NCBI GenBank assembly: GCA_965261085.1
Contig: OZ253442.1
Span: forward strand, 1,440,001 to 1,504,000
Reading direction: 5' to 3'
From: a bacterium
GTDB lineage: Bacteria; UBA8248
Length of the DNA stretch: 64,000 nt
Positions 1 through 9,369 of this stretch are shown piece after piece. The notes below the pieces were generated by a model, which had not been told where the DNA came from, made no database searches, and was given only the letters and a program-made list of their open reading frames with translations. A program made the translations under genes and the position numbers. Every line of letters begins with the position of its first letter. Within the stretch, counting starts at the first letter, position 1.

Positions 1-206
1 CCGTGGCCGAAGTAGCGGACGTTCCCGGCACCGGCGGCTGCACAGTCCAATAGCTCCGGAATGCCGGCCGCAATCGCCCGGGACGGGTCGTCCGGGGTCG
101 AGGGTGTCTTCAGAAACCACGTCTTGCCGTCCGAGAGGCGGACGAGTGCGAAGTCGGTGAACGTCCCGCCGACGTCGACGCCGAGGACGTAACGCTCAGG
201 CGCCAC
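1..206 (-). CDS. Hydantoinase/oxoprolinase subunit A (HyuA-like), N-terminal part, runs off window start
   Basis: Manual translation from GTG at 206: MAPERYVLGVDVGGTFTDFALVRLSDGKTWFLKTPSTPDDPSRAI... carries the GVDVGGTFTD motif; overlaps the stop of the upstream subunit B gene. Confidence 0.88.
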   Translation of the reverse strand, partial: MAPERYVLGVDVGGTFTDFALVRLSDGKTWFLKTPSTPDDPSRAIAAGIPELLDCAAAGAGNVRYFGH

Positions 207-1941
207 GGTTCGAATCTTGGCGGGCCTCCCGCAAGGCCGCGGTCCGGGAGGCGTCGACGCTTCCGCGGACGAGCGCGACGCCGTAGCTCTGCTCCGCCGC
301 GGGTGCGGTCACCTTGCCGGCGGCCACGTCGTCGCGCACCCTCTCCGGATCGCGTTCCCACGGGTCGCCGAAGCCGGCACCGGACGGGGTGTCGACCCGA
401 ACCGTCGTTCCCGCGTCCACCTTGAGCTCCGAGAACGAGCCAGGAAGCTTCGTCTCGCGGTTTCCGCCCGGGTCCAGAACGAAGACGCCGGGACACCCCG
501 AACTTCCGCCAAACAGCCCGGACGCGCCTCGGGATTGGCGCAGTCCGCGGCCTGCGAGCCTCGCCCGCTCCGCCCAGATGGTGACGTCGCGGCGCGTCGC
601 GAGGCCGCCGCGATGCCGTCCGGGGCCTCCCGAGTCGGCGATCAGCTCGTAGCGGCCGACGGTCAGCGGGAACTCCTGCTCCACGGATTCGATGGGCAGG
701 TTGGCCGCGCCCGAAACGTGGACCCGGACCGCGTCTTTTCCGTCGAGCGCGGAAAGCGCGCCGGACGCTCCCGCGTAGGTCTCGTAGTCGACGAAGTACT
801 CGTTCCGGCGCGGGTCGACGCCGCTGAAGATAAGCCCGTGGAGCGGACCGCAGCCGGCCATCACCCGGTCCGGCGCCGCGTCGGCGAGCGCGCCCAGCAG
901 CAGGTCGCCGAGCACGTTGCCGGTCGCGCCCCGATCCCCGACGGCGGCGGGGGGGCGGCAGTTGACGACCGTGCCTTCCGGCGCGGTGACGCCGATGGCG
1001 CGGAAGTACCCGGAGTTGGGCGGCAGCGCCGGGTCCGTCACCGCCTTGACCGCGTAGTAGACGCCGGACAGGGTGGCCGCGAGCGGCATGTTCCGGGCCC
1101 CTGCGATCTGCCCATCGGTGCCCGTGAAGTCGAAGTGAATGCGATCGACGCGAATGGTGATCTTGACGCGGAGGCGAACGATGCCGTCGGCCACGCCGTC
1201 GTTGTCGACCACTTCTTCGTTCTCGTAGGTTCCGTCCGGCAGCCTCGCGATCTCGGCGCGCGTGCGCGACTCGGCGTAGTCGAGGAGCGCTCTCGCGCCC
1301 CGGTGCACGCTATCGGCTCCGAAGCGAGCAAAGCACTCCTGCACCCGGCGGACCCCGATGGCGTTGGTCGCGATCTGGGCCCGCAGATCGCCCTCGCGCT
1401 CGCGCGGGGTGCGCGAGTTGAGGAGCACGAACGCGAGTATGTCGGTGCACAGCTCCCCCTCGTCCAGCAGCTTGACGGGAGGGATTCGCAGCCCTTCCTG
1501 GAAGATGCTCGTGCAGTCGGCGCTCTCGCTCCCCGCCACCTTGCCGCCGATGTCGGAGTGGTGGGCGATGTTGGCGACGAACGCGACCGGCCGGCCATCG
1601 AAGAAGACGGGGCTTGCGAGCGTCAGGTCCGGCAGGTGCGAGCCGCCTCCCACGTACGGATCGTTCGTGAGGAAGCCGTCGCCGGGGCGAAAGCGGTCGA
1701 GGGGGTAACGCCGGGTGATGTTCTCCACGAGGCCGAGGAGCGAGCTCAGGTGAAGGGGGGCGATGGCGGTCAGGGCGAGGAGGTTGCCCGCAGTGTCGAA
1801 GATCGCGACCGAGCAGTCACGCCGCTCCTTGATGTTCGGGGAATACGCGGTCTTGACGAGGGTGGCCATCATCTCGTCGGCCGCGGTGGCGAAGCGGTGC
1901 GCGATGACCTCGGTGGTGATTCGGTCGCAGCCTGGATCCAT
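196..1941 (-). CDS. Hydantoinase B/oxoprolinase family protein
   Basis: Motifs AYSPNIKERRDCS, NDPYVGGGSHLPD, AHHSDIGG, FQEGLRIPP, SGGPGRHRGG; ATG at 1941 preceded by GGGGAG SD (the ORF track start at 2043 lies inside the IS256 end). Confidence 0.93.
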   Translation of the reverse strand: MDPGCDRITTEVIAHRFATAADEMMATLVKTAYSPNIKERRDCSVAIFDTAGNLLALTAIAPLHLSSLLGLVENITRRYPLDRFRPGDGFLTNDPYVGGGSHLPDLTLASPVFFDGRPVAFVANIAHHSDIGGKVAGSESADCTSIFQEGLRIPPVKLLDEGELCTDILAFVLLNSRTPREREGDLRAQIATNAIGVRRVQECFARFGADSVHRGARALLDYAESRTRAEIARLPDGTYENEEVVDNDGVADGIVRLRVKITIRVDRIHFDFTGTDGQIAGARNMPLAATLSGVYYAVKAVTDPALPPNSGYFRAIGVTAPEGTVVNCRPPAAVGDRGATGNVLGDLLLGALADAAPDRVMAGCGPLHGLIFSGVDPRRNEYFVDYETYAGASGALSALDGKDAVRVHVSGAANLPIESVEQEFPLTVGRYELIADSGGPGRHRGGLATRRDVTIWAERARLAGRGLRQSRGASGLFGGSSGCPGVFVLDPGGNRETKLPGSFSELKVDAGTTVRVDTPSGAGFGDPWERDPERVRDDVAAGKVTAPAAEQSYGVALVRGSVDASRTAALREARQDSNRGA

Positions 1942-1955
1942 GGGCACTCCCCGAC

Positions 1956-3326
1956 GAGTTACTGTCAGAAGTTGTGTATGAGCTGAATTGAAGAAGGCGC
2001 ATCCTGCTGAAATAGGGTTGTCCAAAGCCCGGTCATTCAGCACACAGGAGATGCTCCACCATGAGAGAAGATACGACGATTCCTTTCCGGAATCCAGCCC
2101 TACGGGACGAGTTGAGCGAACTGGTGCGCGAGGGCGCGCAACGAATCATCCGCCAAGCGGTGGAAGCGGAGTTGGAGGCCTTTCTGGAAGGGTATGCGGC
2201 CGACCGTGACGCGCAAGGTCGACGCGCGGTGGTTCGCAACGGCTACCTGCCGTCGCGGGAGGTGTTGACGGGTGTGGGTCCGGTGCGTGTCCGGGTTCCG
2301 CGGACGCGGGACAGGTCGGGCGCGGGCCGGTGCTTCCGCTCGGAGTTGCTGCCGCCGTATTTGAAGAAGACGAGGCGTATGGAGGCGGTGATTCCGTGGC
2401 TGTACCTGAAGGGGGTATCGACGAACGACTTCGGTGAAGCGCTCACGGCGCTGTTCGGCGAGTCGGTGAAGGGATTGTCCCCGGCGAGCGTCGCGCGGCT
2501 CAAGGACGGCTGGGAGCGTGAGTACGCGCAGTGGCGCGAGCGGGACTGGGGTGGCGAGGAGTTCGTGTATCTGTGGGCGGACGGGATCTACGTGAACGTG
2601 CGCGGCGAGGAGCGGCGTTGTCTGCTAGTGGTTGTGGGCTGCGACGCGCGTGGCCGCAAGCGCTTCCTGGCCCTGGAATCCGGGTTCAGGGAGTCGAAGG
2701 AGAGCTGGAGGCGGTGCTGTTGAGCCTGCGGGACCGGGGCGTGAGGGCGGCGAAGCTGGCGGTGGGCGACGGTGGGCTGGGGTTGTGGTCGGCCCTGGCC
2801 GAGGTATATCCCGAAACCCGTGCGCAGCGTGCTGGGTGCACAAGACGGCGAACGTGCTCGACAGGCTGCCCAAACGGGTTCAGGGCGAAGCGAAGTCGAT
2901 GCTGCACGAGATATGGGGGTCGGACACCCGTGCGCATGCGAAGGAGGCTTTTGAGCGCTTCTGTGCCACCTGGGAGGCGAAGTACCCGAAAGCCGCCGAT
3001 TGCCTGGCGGGGGACCGCGAGGAGTTGCTCGCCTTCTACGACTTCCCGGCGGCGCACTGGCGGAGTCTTCGGACGACGAACCCCATCGAATCGACCTTCG
3101 CCACCATCCGCTTGCGAACGGCGAAGACGAGGAACTGCCTGAGCGAGAAGACGGCGCTGAGCCTGGTGCATCAGCTCGCCATGAGCGCCGAGAAGCGATG
3201 GCGCCGACTACGCGGCTTCCATCATCTGGCCGAGGTGATCGCCGACGTGAGGTTCATCGATGGGGTGGAGGAAAAAGAATCGGGCGGGAGGGCCGCTGGA
3301 TTCAGGACGGCCATACAACAGATTTG
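1956..3326 (+). mobile_element. IS256-family insertion sequence, degenerate; right inverted repeat interrupted
   Basis: Left IR GAGTTACTGTCAGAAGTTGTGTATG (1956-1980); partial right IR CATACAACAGATTTG (3312-3326) resembling the reverse complement of the left IR, then an abrupt switch to an IS1111-type end. Confidence 0.82.
2061..3300 (+). pseudogene. IS256 (mutator) transposase split by frameshifts
   Basis: Motifs RNGY, LYLKGVST, YLWADGIY (frame 1), LAVGDGGLGLWSAL (frame 2), CWVHKTANV and LRTTNPIES (frame 3); frameshifts near 2705 and 2828. Could be decay or sequencing indels. Confidence 0.9.
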
Positions 3327-3339
3327 TGTATGGACGCGC

Positions 3340-3597
3340 CCAAGAATGCAAGCGTTGGCCCGGAGGTTTTGGTGCGTTATGGTCAGACTCATTCGTGTAT
3401 ACGGCCTCTCAATTGCGGCGTTTCACTATTACCGCGGGCCCGTATGGAAATGCGAGGATCGGGTCCGAATCGACCGTGCGAGCTTGAAAAACTCCAAAAT
3501 CTGGTCCTGGTTTTCCCGACCCCGTCTCAATGACCGTTCGCCCCTACCTCCTCATTCGGCCTGCTCACATTCCCGCCGTGCTCCGCTCGCCTGCCGC
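3340..3597 (-). ncRNA. Putative IS1111-type bridge/seek RNA
   Basis: Downstream non-coding region with stem GGGGUCGGG/CCCGAUCCU enclosing an internal loop (ACCAGAUUU ... GCACGGUCG), and a second stem-loop region carrying UCCAUAC, which matches the element end. Confidence 0.72.
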
Positions 3598-4073
3598 TCA
3601 GGCGGCCGGCGCCGGCTCCCGGTAGAATTCTCTGTTCGTAATCAGCGCCCAGTCGATGCGCGCCATCCTGTTGGCCAGCGCCACCGCAACCAGCATCTTG
3701 GGCTTACGCGCCAGCATCCGGGCCAGCCACGATCCGGGAGGCGCGCCTCGCCGGACCGCCCAGCGCACCACGCTCATCGCGCCCGTGATCAACAACCGCC
3801 TCACGTCGCGCTGGCCCATCTTCGATATCCTACCCAGTCGCGGCTTGCCTCCGGTCGAGTGCTGTCGCGGCACGAGACCGAGCCAGGCGGAGAAGTCGCG
3901 CCCGCGCCGGAAGCTTGCCATCGGCGGCGCGAAGGCCTGTATCGCCGAAGCGCAGATCCGCCCGACCCCCGGGATGCTCATCAGGCGCCTCGCCTCTTCG
4001 TCCTCGCGCGGAGTCGCCCCTCCAGCTCCGAGACGCTTTCTGCGGTGGCCAAGACGTCCAATACCTCGTCCAG
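3598..4073 (-). pseudogene. IS110/IS1111 recombinase, C-terminal fragment (Transposase_20)
   Basis: SIPGVG, FSAWLGLVPRQHSTGGK (catalytic Ser motif), ISKMG, VAVALANRMARI; the N-terminal DEDD RuvC-like domain is absent. Confidence 0.9.
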
Positions 4074-6626
4074 CTATGCTTTCAGGCGGGCGCCCTCAGG
4101 GTCGAACATCGCCGAGCGCGAAGCCACGGTCACGGGGAAGCACTCGCTCATGTATAGCACCTGCAACTTGATGCCGGCCACCGCCCGCTCGATCGGCAGG
4201 TAGGCCAGCAGGAGGTGCTGGCCGAGGGACGGTCCCATGCCAGCCGAGGTGACGAAGGACTCCCGTCCGCGGACGTCGACGAGGCGCTTGCCGTCACGCG
4301 TCAGGATCGGTTCGCTGCTACCGGTGGGGAACCGAAACACCCCGGATTCGCTGGTGTGACCGTCAACCGTCAGCGCACACAGCTTCGCCGCCGGACCTTC
4401 GGCGCGTGCCTGCAGGTAGGCCTGCTTCCCGATGAATTCCGCGGCCTTCACGCGGGGCCGCGCCAAGCCCGCCTCCACCGGCGAGTACTCGGAGGTGAGA
4501 TCGGCGCCCATGAGTGCGTATCCCTTTTCAAGGCGTCCCGTGGTGCCGTAGACGCCGATACCGACGGGTCGGGCGTCGAAGGCGCGGCCCGTCTCCCAAA
4601 TCGCGTCCCACAGGCGCACGCCGTGCGACGTGCGCGTGTAGATCTCCCATCCGCTCTCGCCCACGTAGGAAATGCGCAGCATCGTCGTCGGAACGCCATC
4701 AATAATCACCTCCTGCATCGTCCCGTACGGAAACGCTTCCTGTGTTAGCGGGGTGCTGGCAATCTCGGAGAGCAACGCGCGGGCATCCGGTCCCCATACC
4801 CCTATGGTGCAGAATGCCGACGATTGGTTCTCGAACTGAACCGAGCCGTCCCTGGGCAGATGGCGGCGGAACCAGACCTCGTCGCGCGCACCGTCGAAGA
4901 CTCCGGTCACGATGCGGAACCGATCATACGCCAGCCTCTGTATGGTGAGATCGGCGCGGATCCCGCCATCCGGCGTTAACAGCGGGGTGTAGATCGAGCA
5001 GCCCACCGGACGATCGCAGAGGTTGACCGTCAACCGCTCCAAGTAGGGCACGACGCCAGGTCCGGACACGTCAAAGATCTGAAAGGCGCTCAAATCCACG
5101 ATCCCGACTTTCTCCCGCATGTGGAGATGCTCCGCGTTGATGATCGGCGACCACCAGCGGCGATCCCATTCGTGCGGGCGATCCGAAACGCCGTAGCGGG
5201 CGACCAGATCCTCGTTCGACGCGTACCACTGGGGTCGCTCCCAGCCGTGCGCTTCGAAGAATTCGGCGCCTAGGTTCGCGGTGCGATCGTAGAACGGTGC
5301 CCGGTGCATGCCGCGAGCGGACGCCCACTGCTCACGCGGATGCACGATTCCGTACGTCTTGTTAAAGTGCTCGCAGCAGCGCTGTCGAATGTGCTGCTCG
5401 GTTCGCTCGTGCGGGTAGAACCGCGTGATGTCCGAGCCGTGTGGATCGCACAGACGCGGATAGCCGTAGGTGATCCACTCGGCGATCAAGCGCGCGGTGC
5501 CGGGGCCCTCCTTGATCCAAACTGCGGCCGCCGACCAGAGCTTCTCCACCTCGGCAGTCTCGCCCAGCACCTGCCGCGCATCCGGGGTCAGAGACAGTAG
5601 TCCGTTCACCGAATATTGCATTTCGGAACCGGCAAGCAACTCGCCCATAATCGTCCGGGCATGCTCGAGCTGCGGAGCGAAGTCATCGCCGGTGAAGGGC
5701 ATCTCGGTGGGTGTCCGCTCCGCCTCCGCAAAGGAAGGAATGTCATCGGGTTGCACCAAGATGGGGCGATGGGCATACGAGCCGATCTCCATCGCCTCGT
5801 GACACTGTCGCTCGTACATGAAGGTGTCCATGTCGCGGACGATCGGATAGTCGATCTCGTTTCCCGTCCTTCGCAGCAGGTCGATCGAGCCCATGTCAGC
5901 CATCTGGTGCACCGCTGGGGTAAGCGGGATGGTCGCTCCGGCGAGCGCGGCGACTCGCGGGCTCCAGACACCGCACGCAATCACCACCTGTTCCACCGCG
6001 ATCGTGCCGCGCGTAGTCGCCACGGCCCGGATGCGCGGACGGCCGAACGGCGGGCGTGATACCTCCAGCCCGGTGACCTCGGTGTTGTCCAGCACGGTCA
6101 GCACTCCCTTGGCCCGCGCCTGCTCACGCATGATGGTGCCCGCCCGGACCGAGTCGACCACCGACACGCTCGGCGTGTAGAAGCCGCCTAGGATCACGTC
6201 ACCGTTCACGAACGGTACCTTGGCAACCACCTCGGCGGGATTAAGTAGCTCGGCCTCGATACCCCAGCAGAGAGCCGAGGTCATCCGCCGGAGCAACTCT
6301 TCCATGCGAGCATCCGTGCGTGCCACTTCGATACCGCCACACATGGTGTTGACGCCGAGCGCGGCATACTGGCGTTGGCTCTCCAATGTCAGCATCGTGA
6401 TCTCGCGATTGTGATCAGTGGGGAAGATGAAGTTCGACGCGTGGCCGGTCGAACCACCGGGGTTAGGCAGCGGCCCCTTTTCGATCAGCAGTAGGTTGTC
6501 CCACCCCAGCTCCGCCAAGTGCCGCACTAGGCAATTGCCAACGATACCGGCACCGATCACGGCAATCGTCGCCCGTGTCGGCGGCGGCGAAGTGCTCTCG
6601 GCTAGGCTGCTGATGGAGTCTTTCAG
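4074..6626 (-). CDS. GcvT-family FAD-dependent oxidoreductase (dimethylglycine/sarcosine dehydrogenase-like)
   Basis: IAVIGAGIVG Rossmann motif, GSTGHAS, GWERPQWY, C-terminal GcvT domains. The frame is open to about 6626; the start is uncertain (CTG/ATT after GGGGGA, or GTG at 6560, which would clip the first beta strand). Confidence 0.9.
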   Translation of the reverse strand: MKDSISSLAESTSPPPTRATIAVIGAGIVGNCLVRHLAELGWDNLLLIEKGPLPNPGGSTGHASNFIFPTDHNREITMLTLESQRQYAALGVNTMCGGIEVARTDARMEELLRRMTSALCWGIEAELLNPAEVVAKVPFVNGDVILGGFYTPSVSVVDSVRAGTIMREQARAKGVLTVLDNTEVTGLEVSRPPFGRPRIRAVATTRGTIAVEQVVIACGVWSPRVAALAGATIPLTPAVHQMADMGSIDLLRRTGNEIDYPIVRDMDTFMYERQCHEAMEIGSYAHRPILVQPDDIPSFAEAERTPTEMPFTGDDFAPQLEHARTIMGELLAGSEMQYSVNGLLSLTPDARQVLGETAEVEKLWSAAAVWIKEGPGTARLIAEWITYGYPRLCDPHGSDITRFYPHERTEQHIRQRCCEHFNKTYGIVHPREQWASARGMHRAPFYDRTANLGAEFFEAHGWERPQWYASNEDLVARYGVSDRPHEWDRRWWSPIINAEHLHMREKVGIVDLSAFQIFDVSGPGVVPYLERLTVNLCDRPVGCSIYTPLLTPDGGIRADLTIQRLAYDRFRIVTGVFDGARDEVWFRRHLPRDGSVQFENQSSAFCTIGVWGPDARALLSEIASTPLTQEAFPYGTMQEVIIDGVPTTMLRISYVGESGWEIYTRTSHGVRLWDAIWETGRAFDARPVGIGVYGTTGRLEKGYALMGADLTSEYSPVEAGLARPRVKAAEFIGKQAYLQARAEGPAAKLCALTVDGHTSESGVFRFPTGSSEPILTRDGKRLVDVRGRESFVTSAGMGPSLGQHLLLAYLPIERAVAGIKLQVLYMSECFPVTVASRSAMFDPEGARLKA

Positions 6627-6760
6627 AATTGATCCCCCACGTACGCATGACGGTCACAACTCGCGACATGCTCGGCCCCGGAGTCGATCGCGTAGGTTTC
6701 CGGTCTTGCCCCCATGAGCGGCATCGGCGTCCACATCACGCCCTGGCCAGAAGGTCAGCC

Positions 6761-6788
6761 TTGAAACATGGCCTATATGGCATATAAT
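6761..6788 (+). promoter_or_regulatory. sigma70-like promoter with overlapping palindromic operator
   Basis: TTGAAA-N16-TATAAT; palindrome TATATG-G-CATATA (6774-6786) overlaps the -10, between two divergent GcvT-family genes. Confidence 0.55.
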
Positions 6789-6999
6789 TAGCCCTGTTTA
6801 CAAGTGTCGCGAGAGTCGGGAGCACCTCGGTAACGGCGGCAAACTCGTACCGCGAGGCATCGCCGGTATCGGGGCGCCGTTGGCTTTCGGCATTAGCTGT
6901 GCCACGGTTGGTGCAGTCGCTGCCGTTGGATCATTGTGAGTCGATCGCGTACCGGAGCCGCGCCAGAAAGCCATAAGGCGTGACGGAGCAGGAGGAGCC

Positions 7000-8304
7000 A
7001 TGAGTGGCCAGCCGCACAGTGTCGACCAGTCCGACCGAATCGTTCCCATCAACCTGCGCCAGAGTGGCCGGACGCCCACGGAGCTGCTCATCTCCACGCG
7101 GGTGCGGAAGTCGCCCTACTGGCATCTGTCCCACGACACGGGCTGCTGGCGAGCCACGGTCTACAATCGCACCTACCATCCGCGCGGCTACGTAAGGCCG
7201 GAGGAGGGCGGCGCAGCCGTCGAGCACGAGGCGCTGACGAACCACGTGACGCTTTGGAACGTCGCGGTCGAGCGGCAGATCCAAATCAAGGGACCGGATG
7301 CAGAGCGGTTCGTCGACTACGTCATTACTCGCGACGCGACCCGCATCAGGCCGATGCAAGCGAAGTACGTCATACTCTGCAACGAGAAGGGCGGGATTCT
7401 GAACGACCCGGTCCTGTTGCGCCTGGCCGCGGAGGAATTTTGGTTCTCGCTGGCGGACTCCGACATGCTGTTCTGGCTGCAAGGCGTCAACGTCGGGAAG
7501 CGGATGGATGTGGAAATCAATGAGATCGATGTCTGCCCGTTACAGATCCAAGGGCCGAGGTCGCTCGCGCTGATGGTCGATCTACTGGGCGACGATGTCC
7601 GGGACATCCCCTACTACGGCATCCTCGAAACCGAGGTCGAGGGCTGCCTGGTGGTCGTATCCCAATCCGGCTTCTCGGGAGAGAAGGGCTACGAGATCTA
7701 TCTGCGCGACGCCACCCTGCACGCCGAGAAGCTGTGGCACGCGCTGCTTGACGCGGGCAAGCCGCACCAGCTAATGGTCACCGCCCCCGGCCATCAGCGT
7801 CGTATCCAGGCCGGCATCCTGTCCTGGGGGCAGGACATCGACCACGAGACGGTGCCTTTTCAGTGCAATCTGGCCTATCAAGTGCCGCGCAAGAAGCAGG
7901 GCGACTACATCGGCCGGACGGCCCTCGAACGGATGCGAGCCGAGATCGTCGCGGGGCGTCCGCCGTTCTCGATGGTGATGGTGGGCATGAAGCTGGGCGG
8001 CAAGCCGATCAACGACTACGCGCCCGACTTCTGGCTGGTCTCGGATGCCGACGGAGGCGACCCGATCGGTTACCTGACTTCGCCGTGGCACGCCCCGGAG
8101 TTGGGGTCCAACATCTCACTAGGTTACTTGCCGATCGGCAAGTCGGCGGTTGGGACCGAGCTGCTGGTCTGGCTGCCGGATGAGTATGCCAGCGAGCCGG
8201 GGCAACCCGACCGTGCGCAGGTTTGCGAGGTCCCCTTCCGCCCATCGGTCAATCCGAGTGCGCGCGAGCTGGCACATGCCCGCGGCGAGGACGCGGCCGA
8301 CTAG
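7000..8304 (+). CDS. Aminomethyltransferase / glycine cleavage T-family THF-dependent demethylase
   Basis: LWNVAVERQIQIKGPDA, GGILNDPVLLRL, QIQGP, SQSGFSGEKGYEIYL, RRIQAGILSWGQD; strong SD AGGAGGAG. Confidence 0.9.
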   Translation: MSGQPHSVDQSDRIVPINLRQSGRTPTELLISTRVRKSPYWHLSHDTGCWRATVYNRTYHPRGYVRPEEGGAAVEHEALTNHVTLWNVAVERQIQIKGPDAERFVDYVITRDATRIRPMQAKYVILCNEKGGILNDPVLLRLAAEEFWFSLADSDMLFWLQGVNVGKRMDVEINEIDVCPLQIQGPRSLALMVDLLGDDVRDIPYYGILETEVEGCLVVVSQSGFSGEKGYEIYLRDATLHAEKLWHALLDAGKPHQLMVTAPGHQRRIQAGILSWGQDIDHETVPFQCNLAYQVPRKKQGDYIGRTALERMRAEIVAGRPPFSMVMVGMKLGGKPINDYAPDFWLVSDADGGDPIGYLTSPWHAPELGSNISLGYLPIGKSAVGTELLVWLPDEYASEPGQPDRAQVCEVPFRPSVNPSARELAHARGEDAAD

Positions 8305-8529
8305 CCCGGCAATCATCACCTTGCTGCTCTGCTTTCCGCTCAACCAACCTCCCAGCAATTCCTCACCGATCTCAGGTCTTGAGGCGTTTGATCGACTCCG
8401 AACGGGTGGGGGCATGGCAACAGCACCTGGGCACCGGATCCCAGTGGATTCCGGGTAAGAAGCGTCCGGTCGGACGTAGTTCCAATGCCTTCGACAGGAC
8501 CAGCCTCGCGGGGAGCGCGGACCTGCCCG

Positions 8530-8756
8530 GCGCGAGCCTCGACGCCGAGGTGGCCTACGGCCTGGACGCCATGCGCGGCCTCCTGACGCCGTATACGGGC
8601 GTGGCGCTCACGGAGAGCGGCGAGACCTGGCGCGCGGGTGCGCGCTGGAAGCTCGGTCCCGCCTTCGACTTGGAGTTAGAAGCCAGCTTGAAAGAATCCG
8701 CCGCCGAGGAAAAACCCGAGAGCGGACTCCTCCTGCGCGGTTCGCGAAGGTGGTAG
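8530..8756 (+). pseudogene. Orphan C-terminal fragment of an autotransporter-like outer-membrane beta-barrel protein
   Basis: LDAEVAYGL...LLTPYTGVAL...WRAGARWKLG...LLLRGSRRW-stop (amphipathic strands, terminal aromatic); no N-terminal part. Confidence 0.6.
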
Positions 8757-8777
8757 GCGGACAGCATCCTGCATGAA

Positions 8778-8816
8778 GCGAAGGCGCCGCCGGAGGGATC
8801 CGGCGGCGCCTTTCGC
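8778..8816. terminator. GC-rich hairpin downstream of the barrel fragment
   Basis: AAGGCGCCGCCGGA-GGGA-TCCGGCGGCGCCTT perfect 14-bp stem. Confidence 0.6.
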
Positions 8817-9369
8817 GCATCCTGAACCGGACGCGAGACGCGAGTAGAAGCCACCTCTTTCGAGTCCACGTCATATCAACAGCGCCAGGACCGTGCCGAA
8901 ATGTTCGGCCCATCCACTACCATAATTCATGGTATATGAAATTGAACAGTCCAACACGGACAGACCGCCCGGTTGTCCTAAGGGTTATCGTTTCCTTGTC
9001 GGGGTGTTTCGGAGTCGGTGGATAGCGGTGGCGGGGTTCCGCAGATGCATTCTCTGCCGTGCAATGGATGTCGCCGCCGATGGAAAGGCGAAACATGACC
9101 GCAGGCAAACCGTTGTGAGCGGGACTTTGCAGAAGGAACGCGCAATTGTCCGACACGGGTATCCTTTCAATCGTCGGGTGAGATCGTCGCTGGCACCAGA
9201 GGCAGTTGTTGGTATTGTGCGGCGTAGTCGGTTTGGGCCGGTGCTTTCTTGGCCACCATCACCCCACGACTGAATGATTACCGGGAAACAATATCGAAAG
9301 ACGGCATGGTTGAGATCCTTATGGGGCGGCGCGTCGTGCGGCCGCCGGAGTATTACCGGCCCGGATGAG

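Larger units (their letters stand above)
3327..4073 (-). mobile_element. IS110 family (IS1111 group) remnant: 3' half of transposase plus 3' non-coding end
   Basis: C-terminal transposase followed by a ~270-bp non-coding region ending in a subterminal IR-like GGGCGCGTCCAT-ACA; the 5' part is missing, with a junction at the stop of the GcvT gene. Confidence 0.82.

Noticed and set aside
217-1986. 589-aa plus-strand ORF, and similar long antisense ORFs (35679-37742, 42966-44420, 48003-50009, 51011-53410)
   Set aside because: Shadow frames of well-supported genes in high-GC DNA; no motifs of their own.
2700-2830. Programmed frameshifting in the IS256 transposase
   Set aside because: Two separate shifts without slippery A-runs; IS256 transposases are single ORFs, so decay or sequencing error is more likely.
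2632-4203. 523-aa ORF as a single fused protein
   Set aside because: Only about residues 65-220 are IS256 transposase; the rest is read-through across the IS ends and antisense of the IS110 remnant.
6795-7000. Glycine or THF riboswitch upstream of the GcvT-like gene
   Set aside because: Could not find the GGAGA...CCGAAG...CTCTCAGG glycine consensus or THF motifs by eye.
8917-9273. Short ORFs on both strands
   Set aside because: No motifs, SD or composition support; left unannotated.
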